Source of the DNA: the human T2T-CHM13v2.0 reference genome, Homo sapiens
NCBI RefSeq assembly: GCF_009914755.1
Contig: NC_060927.1
Reading direction: 5' to 3' (one strand)
Length of the DNA: 64,000 nucleotides
The position numbers and the translations under genes are program-made. Numbering within the stretch: the stretch's first letter is position 1; the number at the start of each line of letters is the position of its first letter. This document shows positions 31,840 through 47,284 of the stretch, one piece after another. The notes beneath the pieces are model-generated. The model saw only the letters and a program-made list of their open reading frames with translations, made no database searches and was not told the DNA's origin.

Positions 31840-32177
31840 TGATATGGTTTGGCTCTGTCCCCACTCAAATCTCACCTAGAACTGTAGCCTCCATAATTAC
31901 CAATGGGAGGTAACTGAATCATGGGGGTGGGTTTTTCCCATGCTGTTTTCATGATAGTAAGTCTCATGAGATCTGATGGTTTTATAAAGGAGAGTTCCCT
32001 GCACATGCTGTCTTGCCTGCCACCCTGTAAAATGTGCTTTGCTTCTCCTTTGCCTTCCACCATGATTGTGAGGCCTCCCCAGCCATGTGGAACTGTGAGT
32101 CCACTAAACCTCTTTCCTTTATAAATTACCCAGTCTCGGATATCTCTTTATTTGCAGTGTGAAAATGAACTAATACA
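31840..32177 (+). mobile_element. THE1 (THE1C-like) MaLR solo LTR
   Basis: TGATATGGTTTGGCTCTGT...AACTAATACA. Confidence 0.9.
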
Positions 32178-32464
32178 GCAAGTTGGGAATTATATATAGC
32201 AAGAACTGCTCCATGTTAACACAGGAGAACGTTATCAGTGAGCAGCGGGAAAAGGCAGACAGGGGAAGAGAACAAGGAAGAACAGACACATGTGATGAGA
32301 ATGCGTGAGAAAAGATGTTGTGGATTCAGCATGCCTTCACATTTCTTCTCTGAAACCTGCAGCATAATCTGTTCGGTACGCTTTGGTGTAAGAACGTTTT
32401 CTGCTGAATATGAAGAGAGGCTGAGCACCATATTGAGTTAAGCACTGGCAAAGACAGATGTCAT

Positions 32465-33218
32465 GTGTGGTGTTTTCTGACACCAAATATGTGTTATTTC
32501 CTCAGAATTCTCCAATTATCCAACACCAACTGGTTGTCCAAAAATTCCATTCAATTCTCACACTAACTCCCAGAGTTAGCACAAACACCACAGGTTAAGG
32601 GCTCAGTCCCCCAGACTGCTCCCACTCCAGATGCCAGCTGCAAACAGGGTGGCAGGCCACCTGCACACACAGGGGTTCCCACTGCTCAGGTTCAATAAGT
32701 CACTAGAACAACTCACAGAACTCTAGAGAATATTTATGATTACTGGTTTATTATAAAGGATAAACCTCAGAAATGGCCAAATGGAAGAGATGCAATAGAA
32801 CATGATATGGGGGAGGGGGGGGCGCCCATATGTGTTCACCAACCTGGAAGCTCCCCTAATGTCAGTGTTTCAGAGTTTAATCAAGGTTTCATTACTTAGC
32901 CATGATTAAGAAATTGGCCATTCGTGACTGAACTCAATCTCCAGCCTCTCTCCCCTACTTAGAGGTGTTGGGGTAGGGGACTGAAAACTAAAAGTCCTAT
33001 CCACCCTTCTTGGCATGGCTAACCCCTCCCTTAAAACTATTTAAAGGGCCACCAGCAGTCACCTCATTAGCATAAAAACCCAGGTATGGCTGAAAGGAGC
33101 TTAAAAATAACAAAAGAACATTTTATAAGTAACAAAAGAAGCTCCTACCACTCAGGGTTTTAGATATGTGCCAGGAACCAGGAACCATGACCAAATATAT
33201 ATATATTCATTATACCAC
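32465..33218 (-). mobile_element. MER21-family LTR
   Basis: CAATTCTCACACTAACTCCCAGAGTTAGC...GGCTCAGTCCC...GTGCCAGGAACC...ATTATACCACA. Confidence 0.75.
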
Positions 33219-34657
33219 ACATTACATGCTAGGAAAATCAGCTTTCATTACAGCATTCTCTAATCCTACTCTCTGCCCCCTTCTCATCTTGCAACCCTAA
33301 AAACACAAAAGATAAATTATGTGGTACAGCCAGGAAATGCATATTGAGCTTATAAAAGGATTCTTATGCTGTCTCTAAAAATAAAAAAAAACTTTTCAGA
33401 GAAATGTATTATGAGGATACAAGGTACTGTACACTCTATTTACGATAAAGGAATGAAACCTACTTTATAAAGCAAATGTGAAAAAAAAAACTCCTTAATT
33501 ACCTATCTTACATATTTCAAAATAAATGTTAAACAAATTCTAATTGCATTATGTTGTTTAATATTACCTATAAGAAATGTAAAGGCCTTAAGCACAAACA
33601 AGGACACAAGGAAAGAAAATCATTTAAACTGTAGACTTTGGTGGTTCTATTATATAGAAGATTAAATACTGATGGTCAAGGACATTAAACATAGAATGCA
33701 ATGAATTTCCTTTCTTTCGAAAACAACTGGAATAAAAAGATGTTGCCATTAACGCTATAAGCATTTAGTAAGTACTTATGTGTAGGATAAATGATTTAAA
33801 TATGGTTTTGTGGGAAGGCATCAAGATAAATGTCCATTCATTTGATAAACCCTTTTAAAACTAACAATTGTGCCAAGCACCTTATGTATAAAGATAGATG
33901 GCAAAATCCTTGCTCGCAAGGCACTCCTAGTCGCAAGGATTAAAGATGCCCAGCACTTGTACCAACCAGTGCTCCCACAAGCTGAACCTATGACAGACAT
34001 CACTAGTCAATCGTCTCCTTTTCCCAAAAGAATGACCTCAGCCTCACAATCCTCATTACACAGTGTTCCACATGGATACCATCAACAGGAGTTGAAATAC
34101 AAGGTGAACCTACTTGCCTAGAATACTAAACTTTAATCAACTGTCCTGAACTAACATACGATACAAAGCCCTGCATCAGCAAGTTTTACTGTAATGCAGC
34201 CATGCCTGCCCCTTTATGTACTGTCTATTGCTGCTTTTGCTTTTGAGTAGTCTCATGCAAAACCTAAAGTATCTACTCCCCGATCCTTTAAGAAAAAGTT
34301 TGCAGACCAATGTCCTATGAAGAAGACCAATGTCCTATAAGAAGATGCAGATAAACTTCTTGAGAGTCCAGATGAGGAAATTGCAGGCTGATGCTCTCTT
34401 ACAACAGCACTGAGAGTCCCACAGGAGATCCTCACTAGCTACTTGACAGCATTCAGCAGCCTCCCAGTGCAGGTATGTGAAGACATTTGCTTTACTAAGC
34501 AAATGATAAGGCTCTCTGACTCTCATCAGAATCTCCCTGCTAGTCGTCCTCACTGGCCTAGACCACAGGAAAAGATGACCCTCTTGTTACCTGCAGTGAT
34601 AGAGGTGAATGGTTGCAGCAGGGAATGTAAGGCCCAGGAGTATAAAGTATTTACTAT

Positions 34658-34973
<316 letters not shown>

Positions 34974-35462
34974 TCATCTACAGAAAAAGTTTACTGACCT
35001 CTCATTTTACCTCATAACACCTCTCAATGTGTAATTATACATGTGGGTGATTTGTCAGTGTCTGCCACGTCCCATGAGACTATGATGGTCTCAAAGGCAC
35101 AAACCATGTCTCATGCATTCACCAATGCATTTCCCATGCCTGGGACAGACCTGGTGCTTCTTTAGTATTTGTTGAATGATAATTAATTAATTAGATACAA
35201 AGCCCAAGGACACAATGACCCTCGATCTAAAACTGGGGCCACTGACTTGCCTTCATAGCAGACAAATAATAATGGTTCCTGTGACAACAAATTATTAGAC
35301 AAGGTCAGGCACTTCCCAGGGCTAACAGTTCAGTAATCGTGTTTCCAGAATAATACAGATTTCAGCCCATATGCCCATCATCATTTATCTCTAAGACTTC
35401 AAAGCTAAAAAGTTTCTCTCTGCATTGAGCCATATATTATGTACAAATAAATAGACAAATAA

Positions 35463-35852
<390 letters not shown>

Positions 35853-37612
35853 TGATGCTCAAGCATACAGTGATGTGGTTAAGATCATGGACACTGGATC
35901 ACGGACTTGTTTGAGCCCTGGCCCCACTATGATAATGACCACAACCACTTATTAATAATACAAGCTGACCAGGGAATGGGGCACTGTTTCAGCGTATTGC
36001 TTTTGAAATCATAAGGTAGGTAAAGGGTGATCTCCAATTGCAGATGGAAAACGGAGGCACAGAAAGATTAACACATGTTTCCAAGGTCACAAGGATACAA
36101 ACCTAACTTCTAGAGTCTATGACCTTAATCACTTTGCTGCCAGGTTATCATGTGTAATCAATGAGATCCTGCTTTTGAGGATACATTACAGTACCTAACA
36201 CAAAGTACACACTCAACAAATGCTTTCATTATAACTATCACATCACCATAATCATCTACACTGTCAAGCAAAGAACTCATTTGATCTTTCACAGATTTAG
36301 CTAACATGTACAAAGATATTTTATAATCCTTCATATTGAGATATAAATCTGAGCTTGTCCAACGGTGCTTTTCACCATTCTCATCGCTAGAATCCACAAG
36401 TGTAGGAGGATGAAGGTACAGGTAGTGCATTTTTTAATTAATGTGCTTAAGCCAGAAAACAAAATCAAGAACAAATTAATAACGAAAAGTAAAATGTTTT
36501 TAAGGTTATTCAAAAGGACATGATTATTTTTTTGGGCTGTTTTGCAGACTGTCTCAAGTAAAATTTCTCTAATTTTATGCTAGATGAAGTACTTACTAGC
36601 AAAATGTATCCATTAAATATTTATTATATCAATATTCATAAACAATGTAGTACACTGCAATCAGTTTCTGTAGTAAAGTCATTTACACAGAGGTCAAACC
36701 TTTCAAATACAGAAAAAGCAAACCAAGGTCTGCATGTTTTCAAACACCAAGTTCTAAACCAAAAGTCAGAGTTATTATACCCTGACTCCTTCATTCTGTA
36801 TTTGATTTCTTCATGTTCTATAGCCTATAAAATAATGTAACAGGCATAATTACAGTGATTTGCTCCCCAGGTTTGGATGAAATTAAATAAAAATTCCATA
36901 ATGAAATGCCAGGAAAATACCTAGTTGTAGTAAATGCCAGTTAAAGAACAATGCTTCCTGTCAATGTCTATGTTCAATAAGTTTACCTGGCAATAATAAA
37001 ACAAAACTTTGTTAGGCAGAAACATTTTAATGGACAGTTATTTAATGCACGCTGTGGGCTATGAAGGGCCCTCAGAGGAAAAGCCATGTCAATGTGGGTC
37101 TCGCTCAGTGTGGTTCCTTTCCTTCAAGGATGGAATCCTCTCCGCTTTCTGCCTACTTTTAGTTACACTCCAAGACTTTAAAATATTTTAATATTTTTAA
37201 AATATTTCTTATATTTTATATATTTTGTCCACAAGTTATCACTGTTTTATCTGTTATCTGTTAATCCAGTATAAGACTACTCCATTCCTGGAATAAAGTA
37301 TTCATTTTATAACCATGGTGTTCAGAAAACTAAAATTTTCAGATGTGGTTGAATACAGAACAGAGCTGAAACATCATGTCCCCACTGTAGACACCCTCCA
37401 TATATTATCTAAGCCTAATGCTACAACTTCCTTTCGTATCCACATGATCCTGCATCGTCTAGCTTCTTCATAGCCAGTATATTGCAGTGCTCAGTGTCTT
37501 GTAAAAAGCTCTTTGGTGCCACAACAGGCAGGGAATTCTCTTTCCTTTGCTAACTCTTCACCAGGACCACTACCATCACCAAGGTTACTATCAAGAGTCT
37601 GTAGGACTCTTC

Positions 37613-37730
37613 AGCTGGGCACAGTGGCTCACACCTATAATCCCAGCACTTTGGGAGGCCGAGGCAGGAGGATTGCTTGAGCAAGACCCACTCTCAATTT
37701 GTAAAATTATATTAAAATTTAAAAAAAATT
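37613..37730 (+). mobile_element. FLAM / free left Alu monomer
   Basis: Single left monomer followed by an A-rich tail. Confidence 0.75.
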
Positions 37731-39542
37731 TTTTTAAGAGTATATGCTTCTTTTGGAGCAGATTTCAAGAATTCTGGTGCAAACAAAGTCAACTATTAGT
37801 TATCTTATAAAGTTTATTTTCATCATTTCATTCTAATTAACTATACTTAATAATTTGCTCCTCAATATGAATGAAAATTTCAGCAGTATTCTAGCTACAA
37901 GAGTCAGTAAACCATTGCCTACAGAATCTAACTCATCTGGATAAGCAAACTACTCAGTCACTATTTATCTCTTTAACTAAAGGTTCATTCAATCTTTGGG
38001 CTCTCATTAGTATTTCTTAGTCTTTTCCCTGCCAAGTTCATGCCAGTAAACTTGACAGGGCACAGTATCATGAAAATGGTATTTTTCATATTTATCTTCC
38101 TCAGGAATCTGCTGAAACTCAGTGCAGACAATACCTGTCTTCCAATTCTAACCACATGTTTGAGAATGTGCACGTGTGTATATGTCATACTAACCAATCT
38201 TCCTTTTCCTATTAGTTCCTGGCTTTACTACTTAATAGCTGTGCATTCAACCACTCTGTGCCTTTAATCCTCAACTGTAAAACAAGAATAATAAACAGGA
38301 TTGCTAGGAGAATAGGATGAGTAAAGTGCTTAGGGCATCTGTCACGTAAGGAGAGCTCAGAAAATATCAGCTATTCTCATCTATTATACTATGATTTTTG
38401 CGATATTCAACACTGCTTCCAACATCATCATGAAGAGCCAGCAAAACAACATGAAGTGACCTAGGACATTCAAATACATGACGAAAATCTTCATGACACA
38501 CCAGTAATTGTGCAAAAGAGGTAGGAACTGTGGCAGAACCATCACCCTTAAAAATTCATATCAAATTCCTGCCTTGGCTGAGGCTTTGCACTGGTTATCA
38601 GTTTTTCAGACCTCTTGCCTGCCTTTCAAAGCCCAACAACTGTGAACTAAGCATATGAAACTGAGACAGGCAACTGAACAGTGGGAAAAGAGAATATTTA
38701 CATTGTGTGTATCAGACATAAGTGAAAAAAGCTGAGATCCCAGTGAAGAGTGATTCATGGGTGACACATATTCAGACTCAAACTGCAAACTCTGTCTCTT
38801 GGGCAGCAGCTCAAGTCTTACTTTAGTTCTTTTTTACTTTAGCTGGGCCACTTACAGTCAGCCTTATGCATGTGTTGTTCATGAAATACCTTCTGATTTG
38901 GTCAGTTTATACACAGAATCCAGGACTCCTCCTCTCTGACTCTCTCCTTTCTGAGACACCCTCCCACCCCCAGTTTCCCGCTGCTTAGGGATCCTGAACT
39001 CTGTCCTTCAGTTCTCCAGTGCAAAAAGACTACAGGTTTTCTACCGGAGTTTAGCCACCATTGCACCCTGTCATCAAGACCAAAAAGCTGGAAGTAAAAG
39101 CTGGAAGTAAAAACTGGAAACTCAAAGCAGGCCTTTTGTTTCCCATTTCAACTCCCCTCCTTCCAGTTTCGACTCCCCTCCAGGGTCTCCCAGCCTTTGG
39201 CACTTTCCAAAACCTTCAAGTACTTGTTTTATATTTTCTCCAAAGCAGATAGTTACTAGCTATGCAAAGCCCAGTCTGTTAAGAGCTTACATGGTCACAC
39301 AGGAAATAGGATCTGTCAATGACACATATTCCAGAGGGATTCAAGCTCAAGCGGAGATGTTCTTTTCTATTCCACATAGCCAGGGAACACTAACTCATGA
39401 ACAGGGACAATACTTTGAAAGTTCATCCTATTAAATGACAAAGAGTCTTCACCTTAGGAGAGGAAGTCACTTCCAAGCAGAAACTCCAAAGAAATGGGTA
39501 AAGACTGGCCAAAGAATAAGTCCAGGAGCTTGTTTGGGATGA

Positions 39543-40107
<565 letters not shown>

Positions 40108-43100
40108 GGCAGTATCTTTTTTTTTTTTTTAGAATCAGCTGATAATGTAACTTACTCAGAGATCCTGGTGGAGGATATAAACGTTCAGACCCAAAACAGA
40201 CAACATCCAGACCAGGGATGGCAGAGCCTCTTAACTCTGACCAGCTGGAAATGGCTGCCCAGGGAGCTGTAGAAAGTAAGACCTCAAGGCTTTGTCATGG
40301 TAGACATCAATAATCACTCAGAACAGCATCATGAGTGATTATTGATGTCTACGACAGGAAGAGAGAGGGGCAGCTCAGTCTCAGGTATTCACAAGCCAGA
40401 ATCAAGTATAAGGTTATAGGACTTGAGAAGAATAAGGACAGATTTGTCAACATCATCATTATTAAGATTACTGAGTTTCTTCAATATGCCCAGATGATGT
40501 TTAGAGTAATTCAAATTTAAGTGAAATTAAAAAGGGATATCAGACAGGCTAAAATAAAAAAGTGCCTTGAATCTTAATAAGCCCACAGTATATGAACTGC
40601 CTCTAATTAGATTCAGGAATATGACTCCTTTTGAAACCAACCAGGAGAAAACACTTATTCAGAAGATTTCAATAAAAAATTAATAACCACTTGCTTCCAC
40701 TTTATCATGCACAGTCCTCAACGGTGGATTTTAAAAAACGAAAGTACAGTCTGTCTCAGGAAAATTGTACTTGTGAGTCCTTCAAAAGCTAGGACATTTT
40801 AATCAATAAAGTGTGAGGGCAATTTACTGACTTACATAATTCAACAAAATACTTGCTATTCAAAATGAGTGAAGTCTGTCACTGAAATTGTTAAGGGTTT
40901 ATATAAATACACTACTAAATTAACAAAGAAAAAAGCAAGCAAAGGCTGCCCTCCAACCTGATCTTCATGCTCCAGGGAACCAGTTCTTTATCAGGATAAT
41001 GGTGGTTGACGTTTCCGTAAGTTATCTGGTACTCTGCCTTTCTTTTTTGGAGAGAGATGACTTGCCCAAGGTAAATCCAGTTCAGAAAGGGAGCATCCAT
41101 GCCAGTAACTTTTGATCCATGTAGCTTTCTCCTATACCACATTATGACTTGCTATAAGAGGACAGTTAAACAGGATAATTACAGAGGGCAAGTTTCCCAA
41201 CTAAATGACAACCATTAAAATTAGACATGAAGTTACAAAAAAAGAGTGAACAGAGGGAGATTTTCTTAAGTACTAGTAAATTTCTACTTAGGTCCTAGGA
41301 AGTGCTGTTTACTTTATAATTACATGTTAAACTACATATATGATAAGTATTTTTTCAGTATTTTATGCTACATTGCACAATTTTAAAAAGCTTTAAAGAA
41401 GAGTGTAAGCTTCTAAGTCTCACAGCTGTGAATTCAAATTCAGACTCTATTATTTACAAGTTGGATGAGTTTAGACAAACTTCTCAACCTCTCTAAGCTT
41501 CAGTTTCCTCTTGTGTAAAATGAAGATAAATGATAGATAATGATAATGATAGTACCTATGTTACAGATTGCTGCTGAGTGTCAAAGAGAAAATGCCATTG
41601 GAATGCCTAGCACTTAGTGGCCCTCTCTGGACTGGTCTCTCCACTGCAAAGGCCCAAAACCTGCCCCCTGCATTGTTTCCAAGCTGATATACATCAACAC
41701 ATTTCCAGATTGTAGCTACACTTGGCATTTCACCTCCTAGTTGACAGTGTGAAGCTGTTCATACTGCTATAGGGCAGCACACAGCTGAATGCAAACACAG
41801 TTCTTTTGCCTTACCTAGGAGCTCCATGGATCAGGAGATGCCCTACAGCTGAGAGACAGGCAAGTTTGGTGGATAAAGAAAGCCAGCAAGTGGACAATCG
41901 AACATAATTTGGAATTACTGGTCATCAAAGTCTAATTCCAGAAATAAATCAATTCAATGGAAAGCCTTTATAGCAAGCAGACAGATTTAGAAAGGCTGTA
42001 AGGCACAGAAGAAATCACGTAGACTTGGGAGTCTGACAGGTGGGTGTTCAAATCCTATCTTGGTCACTAAGCAGTAACCCAATTGTAGCGGATGTTGTAA
42101 GTGACTCGCCAGTATCTTTTTCTAAACTATTCAGCAGCTTAGCCAATAATGGAGATTTCCAATTTTTGCCAATAACTGGCTCAGCAATGAGCATATGACC
42201 TAATCCCCAGCAGTGATAACCTAGAGGAAGTCTAATGGGAAGGTTATAGGAAGAACTTCCTCCCTCATAGAAGTTTAAGAAAATAAGAAAAAAAAATTAT
42301 CTAGATTAACTATCTAGAGCTATTCCGTGGCCTTGTCCAGCTGCAAGGCAAGCTGGGAGATCCAGTACAGCCATGTGTCCAGAGAAAAGAAGAGCTGGCT
42401 TCAGTTAACGGATAATAGTTCCTGGCATGTTTTTAAAGAAAGCTCTGTCAAGGCTTTCTTCTGTGTAATTTATTGTAATGTACATTCGAAAAAAATGTAT
42501 ATGTATCAGTAATTTACCAAGCCCATACTTTCATGGACACTATTACTTATGGAGGGGCTCAAATGTGGATTTAAATATTTTTAATAGTGAATAGATTTAG
42601 AAGAAAAATGTGAAGTCAATGATATTGATACTTAAACATCACAAAAAGCCCTGAAGAGGTATTACCCTAGATGAGGCACCGAAGTGTTAAACCAGTTGTC
42701 CGAGGCACAAAGCTAGTAAGTGGCTTACATGTCACATTAGCCATGGAAGAGCCTTGCAGCAGATGCTCTCAGTGCTCCATCCGCATGGCCTCAGATCGCG
42801 CCACCATTTTTATACAGACTCACTGTGCACTCTTACTCCCAAGAGCAGCCCCGGCAGGTCTTTGTCTTAAGATGCTGAAGACAACATGCCCTTAAAGAAC
42901 CTTGAAGAGGGTATATAAATACTTCAACTCTCTTGCCCCTAACTACAACTCTGAGGTGTAACCTACACAGTTTCCATAGCTGTCCTGTGGAATTAAGCAA
43001 AGTCACCCTCTTTGGGATTCAGTTTAATAACACACCCTTCTCAGCCTCCTTCCCTTCAACTTCTCTAAACCCCTTTGAGTTTTTCCTGAGAATGCCTCCC

Positions 43101-44754
43101 CGAAAAGCCACTTTCACATGAATCCTTTTCTCAGGATGTGTGACCAGGGAACAATAAGAAAAGTCTTGGGGTTACTATGGTCCAAGGTTCCCCAAACAAG
43201 AATCACTCATACACAATTCTTGCTACATCTAGAGAACACTAATACCAGTATCAGTTTATTTATGATGTTTATTTTAACTTAAAGATAGAGAAAACTTTAG
43301 AGCACTACCTATACTGTTTGTTTAAGTAGAAGGAGATAGCATAATTAAAAAATAAAAGGGATTCAATTCTGATTATTTGAGGTATGAAGTCCTAAGCTGA
43401 AGATCTTAAAAGCACACAAGCACAAAACTGAAAATTTCTCCGTGACAAAATCCTAAGGTTCCAAAGACAGTAACAATGAATTCAGCACTATGTGACTCAC
43501 TGGTATTGGATGCTGCATCCCTGCGTTACCTAAACTCATCTCGTGTACTGCCAATGGATGTGTCCCGTGCTCTGGGCAGCACTGTTTCAACAGCCATTTT
43601 GCAAAGTTAAGCATGTATCTGGCACACAGCATAATCCCTGATACATGATAGATGTACAATGAATGTTAAACAGAGTTTAGTAAGGAAACTGAGTCTCTTC
43701 CCTAAAGCCATGCTGTTGATCAGTGGGCCAGAAACAGGCACAACTGAACCTTTTCTCTGCATACCATCTGCCTGCATCTAGAACAGAGATGTGATTCACT
43801 CCTAAAAATCCACTACGATTCTTCCTAGATGACTTCATCTACAGCAGTAAATCTACACATTTATATAGATTTTTTACTCTCTTATAACATTTGTTTTCCC
43901 CATTCTCCCCAAAACTCGTTGAGCATTCCATGGAATATTATTGCTGGCTAATTTTCACCACTATTTGCCTATTGGCATAACCGCACCCACTTTTTATCAT
44001 GCTCCTTTTTCAACTACTGCTATTACTCCTTTTTTTCTTTCATTAGAACCCTCAGAAGTGATTTCACTTTTATGTTCATTATTGTTCATTTACAATCAGC
44101 TTTTGATTGCATGCTGATTGTTCTTAAATTTCAACTTTAGACTGCTGAAGAAAAACAGTGCTTGGTGTTAGCTTCTGATTACCAAAGATCAGCTGAATTA
44201 AGTTACAAAACTGTTTTTCAAAAGGCCTGGAACATAGGTAGTAAAATGTTAGTGTTTTTGTTTAACCTTGGGTGAGCTGTCTGGATAAAGAGAATGGTTA
44301 AAAACTAAGTGAGATTAAAAATAATAATGAGGTTTGCTGGATTTACTTAAAATCAAAATAAAAAAATACCAAAATTGATACATCTGAACAAGGCTCTGCA
44401 TTTATTCCAATCTCTTGCTATTGTTTAAAATATTTCTAGAGCTCCTATTTGGGAAATGACAATAAACCTGTGCCCCTTTCCTTGGGATATTCTTCTCAAT
44501 TGCAACTCGTCTGTCTTTAAGTTGATTTCACTCATAGAAATGGTCAGAGCTTCTCAAATCCAACACCAGCAAATAAGGTGTAGGAAACAATGTTTTAGTT
44601 GGAAAACAAGTGCTGGAAGCATAAAGCAAAAGAACTCATGGCAGTGGTCCATGGGCTAGCTCTCCAAGCAGCCAGAAAAGCATGCATCTCCAGCAAAAGT
44701 TCAGAGACTCCAGAAGTGCCAAGGTGAAAAAACAAAGGCTCATCTGGTCACATA

Positions 44755-44811
44755 TTAGGTTGGTGCAAAGTTACAAATTTCAAAAACCGCAATTACTTTT
44801 GCACCAACCTA
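44755..44811. mobile_element. MADE1 (Hsmar1-derived mariner MITE), internally deleted
   Basis: TTAGGTTGGTGCAAA...CAAAAACCGCAATTACTTTTGCACCAACCTA inverted repeats. Confidence 0.88.
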
Positions 44812-44978
44812 CAATTTCAGATGTGTTTGATCAAAAAAATCAACCACACCCACGTTGTCTCAATGCAGGGTGGTTCTGGAGGTCTGTGAGGTCAAAACTA
44901 TTTTCATAATAATACTAGGATGACTTTGTCACTCTCATTCTTCACAAATGTACAGACCACAAAAAGTTCATTGATGTG

Positions 44979-45509
44979 TGTATTAGTATCCTAGGACTGG
45001 CGTACAAAGTACCACATACTGGGTATCCTAGGACTGGCATACAAAGTACCACATACTGGGTGGCTGAAACTACAGAAAGGTATTCTCTTGCAGTTTAGGA
45101 GGCTTAAAGTCTGAGATCAAGGTATCAGAAGGGTTGGTTTCTTCTGAGGGCTGTGAGGGAGAATCTGGTCCATGCCTCTCTCCTAGCTTCCAGTGGTTCA
45201 CAGGCAATCTTTGGTGTTCTTGGCTTGCAAAAGCATCACTACTTTCATCTTCACATGGCTTTCTCCCTGGGCGTGTGTGCCCGAGTATAAATTTTCTCTT
45301 TTTATAAAGACACCAATCATATTGAATTAGGGCCCTCCCTAACGACCTCATTTTAACTTGATTTCCTCTATCTATCTCTTACCTTCTATCTCCTTTAAAG
45401 ATAGAGTCTTTACAGAGAAAATCAAATTACATTAGGTCACATTCTGAGATACTGAAGGTTAGATTTCAACATAGGAATTTTGTGGGGGACACAATTCCAC
45501 CCATTATCA
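44979..45509 (-). mobile_element. MLT1 (MLT1C-like) MaLR LTR
   Basis: TGTATTAGT...ACAAAGTACCACA.ACTGGGTGGCT...AAGGACACCA.TCATATTG...GGGGACACAATTC. Confidence 0.8.
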
Positions 45510-45634
45510 GGCATAATTCAGTGGACCCACGTGAGTGGCATCCTGAGGAGATGTGCAGGGCAACAGCTGTGACAACAAGGAAGTTGTTTAAGATCTCTGA
45601 GCCGCAGTTTGTTACTCTTTAAAATGGGCTTAGT

Positions 45635-45949
45635 AGCTAGGCATGGTGGCTCACACCCGTAATCTCAGCACTTTAGGAGGCTGAGGTGGGAGGATCACTT
45701 GAGGCCACAAGTTGGAGACCAACCTGGGCAACAAAGCAAGACCTTGTCTCTACAAAATTTAAAAAAAAAAAATTGGCCAGGCATAGTGGCATGCACCTGT
45801 AGTCCCAGCTAATCTGGAGGCTGAGAACAGAGGATTCATTGTGCCCAGAAGTTCAAGGATGCAGTGAGCTGTTATACGATCTTGCCACTGCACTCCAGCC
45901 TGGATGACACAACAAGACCCCATCTCTACATAAATAAGTAAAGAAAATA
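45635..45949 (+). mobile_element. AluJ inserted in a MIR
   Basis: Diverged Alu; TSD AAAATG(G/A)GCTTAG. Confidence 0.9.
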
Positions 45950-46105
45950 AAATGAGCTTAGCAATGGCTATAATAATGCCTTCCTCCTAGGGCTGCCATG
46001 AATACTCAACATGATAATCCTCCTCAAGTGCACAGCACCAAACCTGGCCCACAGAATGTGCTTGATAAACATCAGGTGTCTATTTGTACATGTGCTTCAC
46101 TTCAG

Positions 46106-46226
46106 GTTATCCAGACACCATTAATAGCCATTGTACAGGCAAGTCCAGCAGAAAAGGACTCTGTGTGTGTGTGTGTTATCCAGACACCATTAATAGCCAT
46201 TGTACAGGCAAGTCCAACAGAAAAGG

Positions 46227-46266
<40 letters not shown>
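46106..46266. repeat. 69-bp tandem duplication, each copy ending in (TG)n
   Basis: Copies start at 46106 and 46175 and end in (TG)7 and (TG)18. Confidence 0.95.
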
Positions 46267-46273
<7 letters not shown>

Positions 46274-47065
46274 TGGCACCCTGCAAGGGAATGGCATCCT
46301 GGTTCCTGGCAAACAGGTTCCTGCCTTGCTCCCTGAGCTACTGGGATGGGCATCTGCCACCTGTGACACGGAACTGGAATAAAATGAATGAATGTAAATG
46401 ATTGTCAAATAAACATTCATCAAGTCTACAATAATCATAAAAACACACTAAACAACGTGGTCCAAAAGTACTCAGTGTTTGTGTTTGTTTCTGAACTTTG
46501 TGGTGAAAGGAGGTGCTCCCTACCATTTTCACTTTGCAAACATTTATTCTGTGACTTAAACTACAACGACTACGACCGCCATCACTCACTTATCACCAGA
46601 AACTGGGTAAATCATTATCTTACTTGTTTTTATTAATCTTTTTGAAATGTAAGTAGAGCTTACATTTAATTCACTGTTTAATATTAGCGGTGTTTTTGGT
46701 CTTTGGAAGTTTGATGATGTTTCTGTAACCTGAAGTATGCTGAACTTAAAACTCTTGTTTACATCAATTAGCCTATAGAAAACTGGTTTGCTTTATGGTG
46801 AAACCATTTCTGTCCTCCAAGGCTGTATAATTAACTTCTTATCCTCTTCCTACATTCAGTGCTGGAATGGGTATGGAAGCAGAGAACAAATTGGAATGTC
46901 TTTAGTGAGGACTTACAGTATCCCCAGAGGGCTGGGGTGCTCTCACAACACCAAACACATCTCACTGTAATTGCCCATTTCTCATCAGTCTCCAACAAAT
47001 GAGACTGTAGGTTCCTTAAAGGCAGCAACTGTCTCATATCCCCAAGCTTCCTACAAACCCACCAT

Positions 47066-47284
47066 CTGCAACCTCCGCCTCCCAGGTTCAACTGATTCTC
47101 CTGACTCAGCCTCCCAAGTAGCTGGAATTACAGGTGTACACCATCATACCTGGCTAATTTTTGTATTTTTAGTAGAGATGGAGTTTCACCATGTTGGCCA
47201 GGCTTGTCTTCAACTCCTGACCTCAGGTGATCCACCCACCTGGGCCTCACAAAGTGCTGGGATTACAGGCGTGAGCCACCGCCT
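47066..47284 (-). mobile_element. Truncated AluS element
   Basis: Reverse Alu lacking its tail end. Confidence 0.88.

Noticed and set aside
39083-39120. 13-bp unit repeated about three times (AAAAGCTGGAAGT); also a 12-bp doublet at 47281
   Set aside because: Ordinary short slippage duplications with no sign of function.
45998-46438. ORFs with CVCVCV/THTHTH tracts
   Set aside because: They are translations of the (TG)n microsatellite and the 69-bp duplication.
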